Virus record (IMG/VR): IMGVR_UViG_3300047288_000037
Location: 1-54,723 of that record
Length of the DNA: 54,723 bases
Strand: one strand, 5' to 3'
Origin: a virus
Lineage: Duplodnaviria; Caudoviricetes
Shown: positions 53,728-54,723 of the stretch, piece by piece
Layout of the letters: every line of letters starts with the position of its first letter
Numbering within the stretch: the stretch's first letter is position 1
Made by a program: the position numbers and the translations under genes
The notes under the pieces: model-generated
Seen by the model: only the letters and a program-made list of their open reading frames with translations
Told to the model about the DNA's origin: nothing
The model's database searches: none

Positions 53728-54723
53728 TTAACCGATAGATGCGGCTCGTGACGGACCTGTTAGTGAACCAAATAGCGTACCAATATCTTCGGCTGCTTTA
53801 CGGCGTTGTTCTTCAGCCTTAGCTAATGTAGCCTCGTAACCACTGCCATACGTGCCGTATGTATTTGGGCCTGCGGTTGGTAAAGCTGTTAGGCCTGCTT
53901 GCGTAGTAGCCAGTTTGTTTTGCTGTGCAGTTGTTGCACCTTGCAGGTACGCTGTTTCACCACGAGTAGCAGCTTCAAGATTGTATCTACGTTGTTCCGC
54001 AGTACGCAGACCACCACGTTGTGGAGCTATCTCACGTAGATTTTCTTGAGCCTGACGACCAATACCTGTGGTTACACTACGTTGAGCCATCAGGCCGAAG
54101 TAGTTAGGGTCAAAGTATTTAGCCTCGCCAAGTAACGCAGTAGCTTCGCGCAGACGTTGTTCGAACAGAGCTCGATTGGTCATCTGAAGTTGTGCAAGTT
54201 CAGCTTTCTGTTGTTTAACCAGTTCTTCCTGCTCTGGGGATAATCCGTTACCAGCAGTGAGTGAGCCAGCCAGTTGACCAGCAGCACGAAGTACCAAGTC
54301 AGCTTGCATTTTAGGGTCAGATACCTTCTGCTTGAGAGCTTCCCATGCAGATGTAGGTTGTTGCGGCGCAGCAGCCTGAGCAGTTGCAGCAGCTTGTTGG
54401 GCCGCCGGTGTAACCTGAACACCAGCTTGTTGGTACGCAGGTGCAGTCTGTGGAGCGAAGGTCTGTGCTGCCTGAGCGGATTGCGGTACGTTCGGATTAT
54501 AGAACTGCGTAGTTCCCAGATTGGAAGCACTACCACCCATAGCATTAGGCAGGTTAACTGACAAGCCACCAGATGTAGATAAGGCGTTAGCCAGTGATTG
54601 CGTTTGCTGTGCTACGTCAGCACCGGATGACAGGATGTTAGCCAGCTGTGAGTTAGAAACTGCGCCACCATATGCAACTTGAGAAGCATCAACCACAGCA
54701 CCAGCACTAGGTCCATTCATCAC
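53728..54723 (-). CDS. C-terminal part of the first ejection protein (joined to 1..546)
   Basis: Open to the window edge; A/Q/G-rich; in frame with 1..546 after collapsing the 9-nt overlap. Confidence 0.85.
   Translation of the reverse strand: MMNGPSAGAVVDASQVAYGGAVSNSQLANILSSGADVAQQTQSLANALSTSGGLSVNLPNAMGGSASNLGTTQFYNPNVPQSAQAAQTFAPQTAPAYQQAGVQVTPAAQQAAATAQAAAPQQPTSAWEALKQKVSDPKMQADLVLRAAGQLAGSLTAGNGLSPEQEELVKQQKAELAQLQMTNRALFEQRLREATALLGEAKYFDPNYFGLMAQRSVTTGIGRQAQENLREIAPQRGGLRTAEQRRYNLEAATRGETAYLQGATTAQQNKLATTQAGLTALPTAGPNTYGTYGSGYEATLAKAEEQRRKAAEDIGTLFGSLTGPSRAASIG

Noticed and set aside
1-54723. tRNA, rRNA, integrase, phage RNA polymerase or DNA-modification genes
   Set aside because: No cloverleaf or diagnostic catalytic motifs recognised by eye; a covariance or HMM search would be needed to exclude them fully.

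Overview
The window is an essentially complete, circularly permuted dsDNA tailed-phage genome with podovirus-type architecture. The first and last 9 nt (ATTCATCAC) are identical, and one gene reads in frame across the join, giving a genome of about 54.7 kb. The minus strand (about 22.2 kb down to 1, continuing from 54723 down to 43731) carries terminases, portal, scaffold, capsid, adaptors, two tail fibres, a holin/M15 endolysin/spanin lysis cassette, a tail nozzle and three ejection proteins, one with a lytic transglycosylase domain and one a 2716-aa polyvalent-type protein. The plus strand (22.4-43.7 kb) carries early small genes, a MoxR-type AAA+/vWA-metallopeptidase module and a replication module (Leu762 family A polymerase, PD-(D/E)XK nuclease, VRR-NUC, SNF2 helicase, SSB-like protein, primase/DUF927 helicase). 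Six free-standing HNH endonucleases are scattered through the genome. I found no integrase, tRNA or CRISPR array. Spanins, sigma70 promoters and an IHF site point to a Gram-negative, probably proteobacterial, host. The most unusual signals are: (1) a 51-aa basic gene with its own strong ribosome-binding site overprinted in the +1 frame inside the giant ejection gene; (2) early mini-genes whose Shine-Dalgarno sequences are split from the start codon by GNRA hairpins; (3) a duplicated promoter-gene-hairpin module bracketing a 0.5-kb region with two interleaved 12-copy repeat motifs; (4) HNH genes carrying their own leaderless-mRNA promoters, one leaving an insertion scar at the polymerase start. 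All product calls come from motif recognition and gene order, not database searches.
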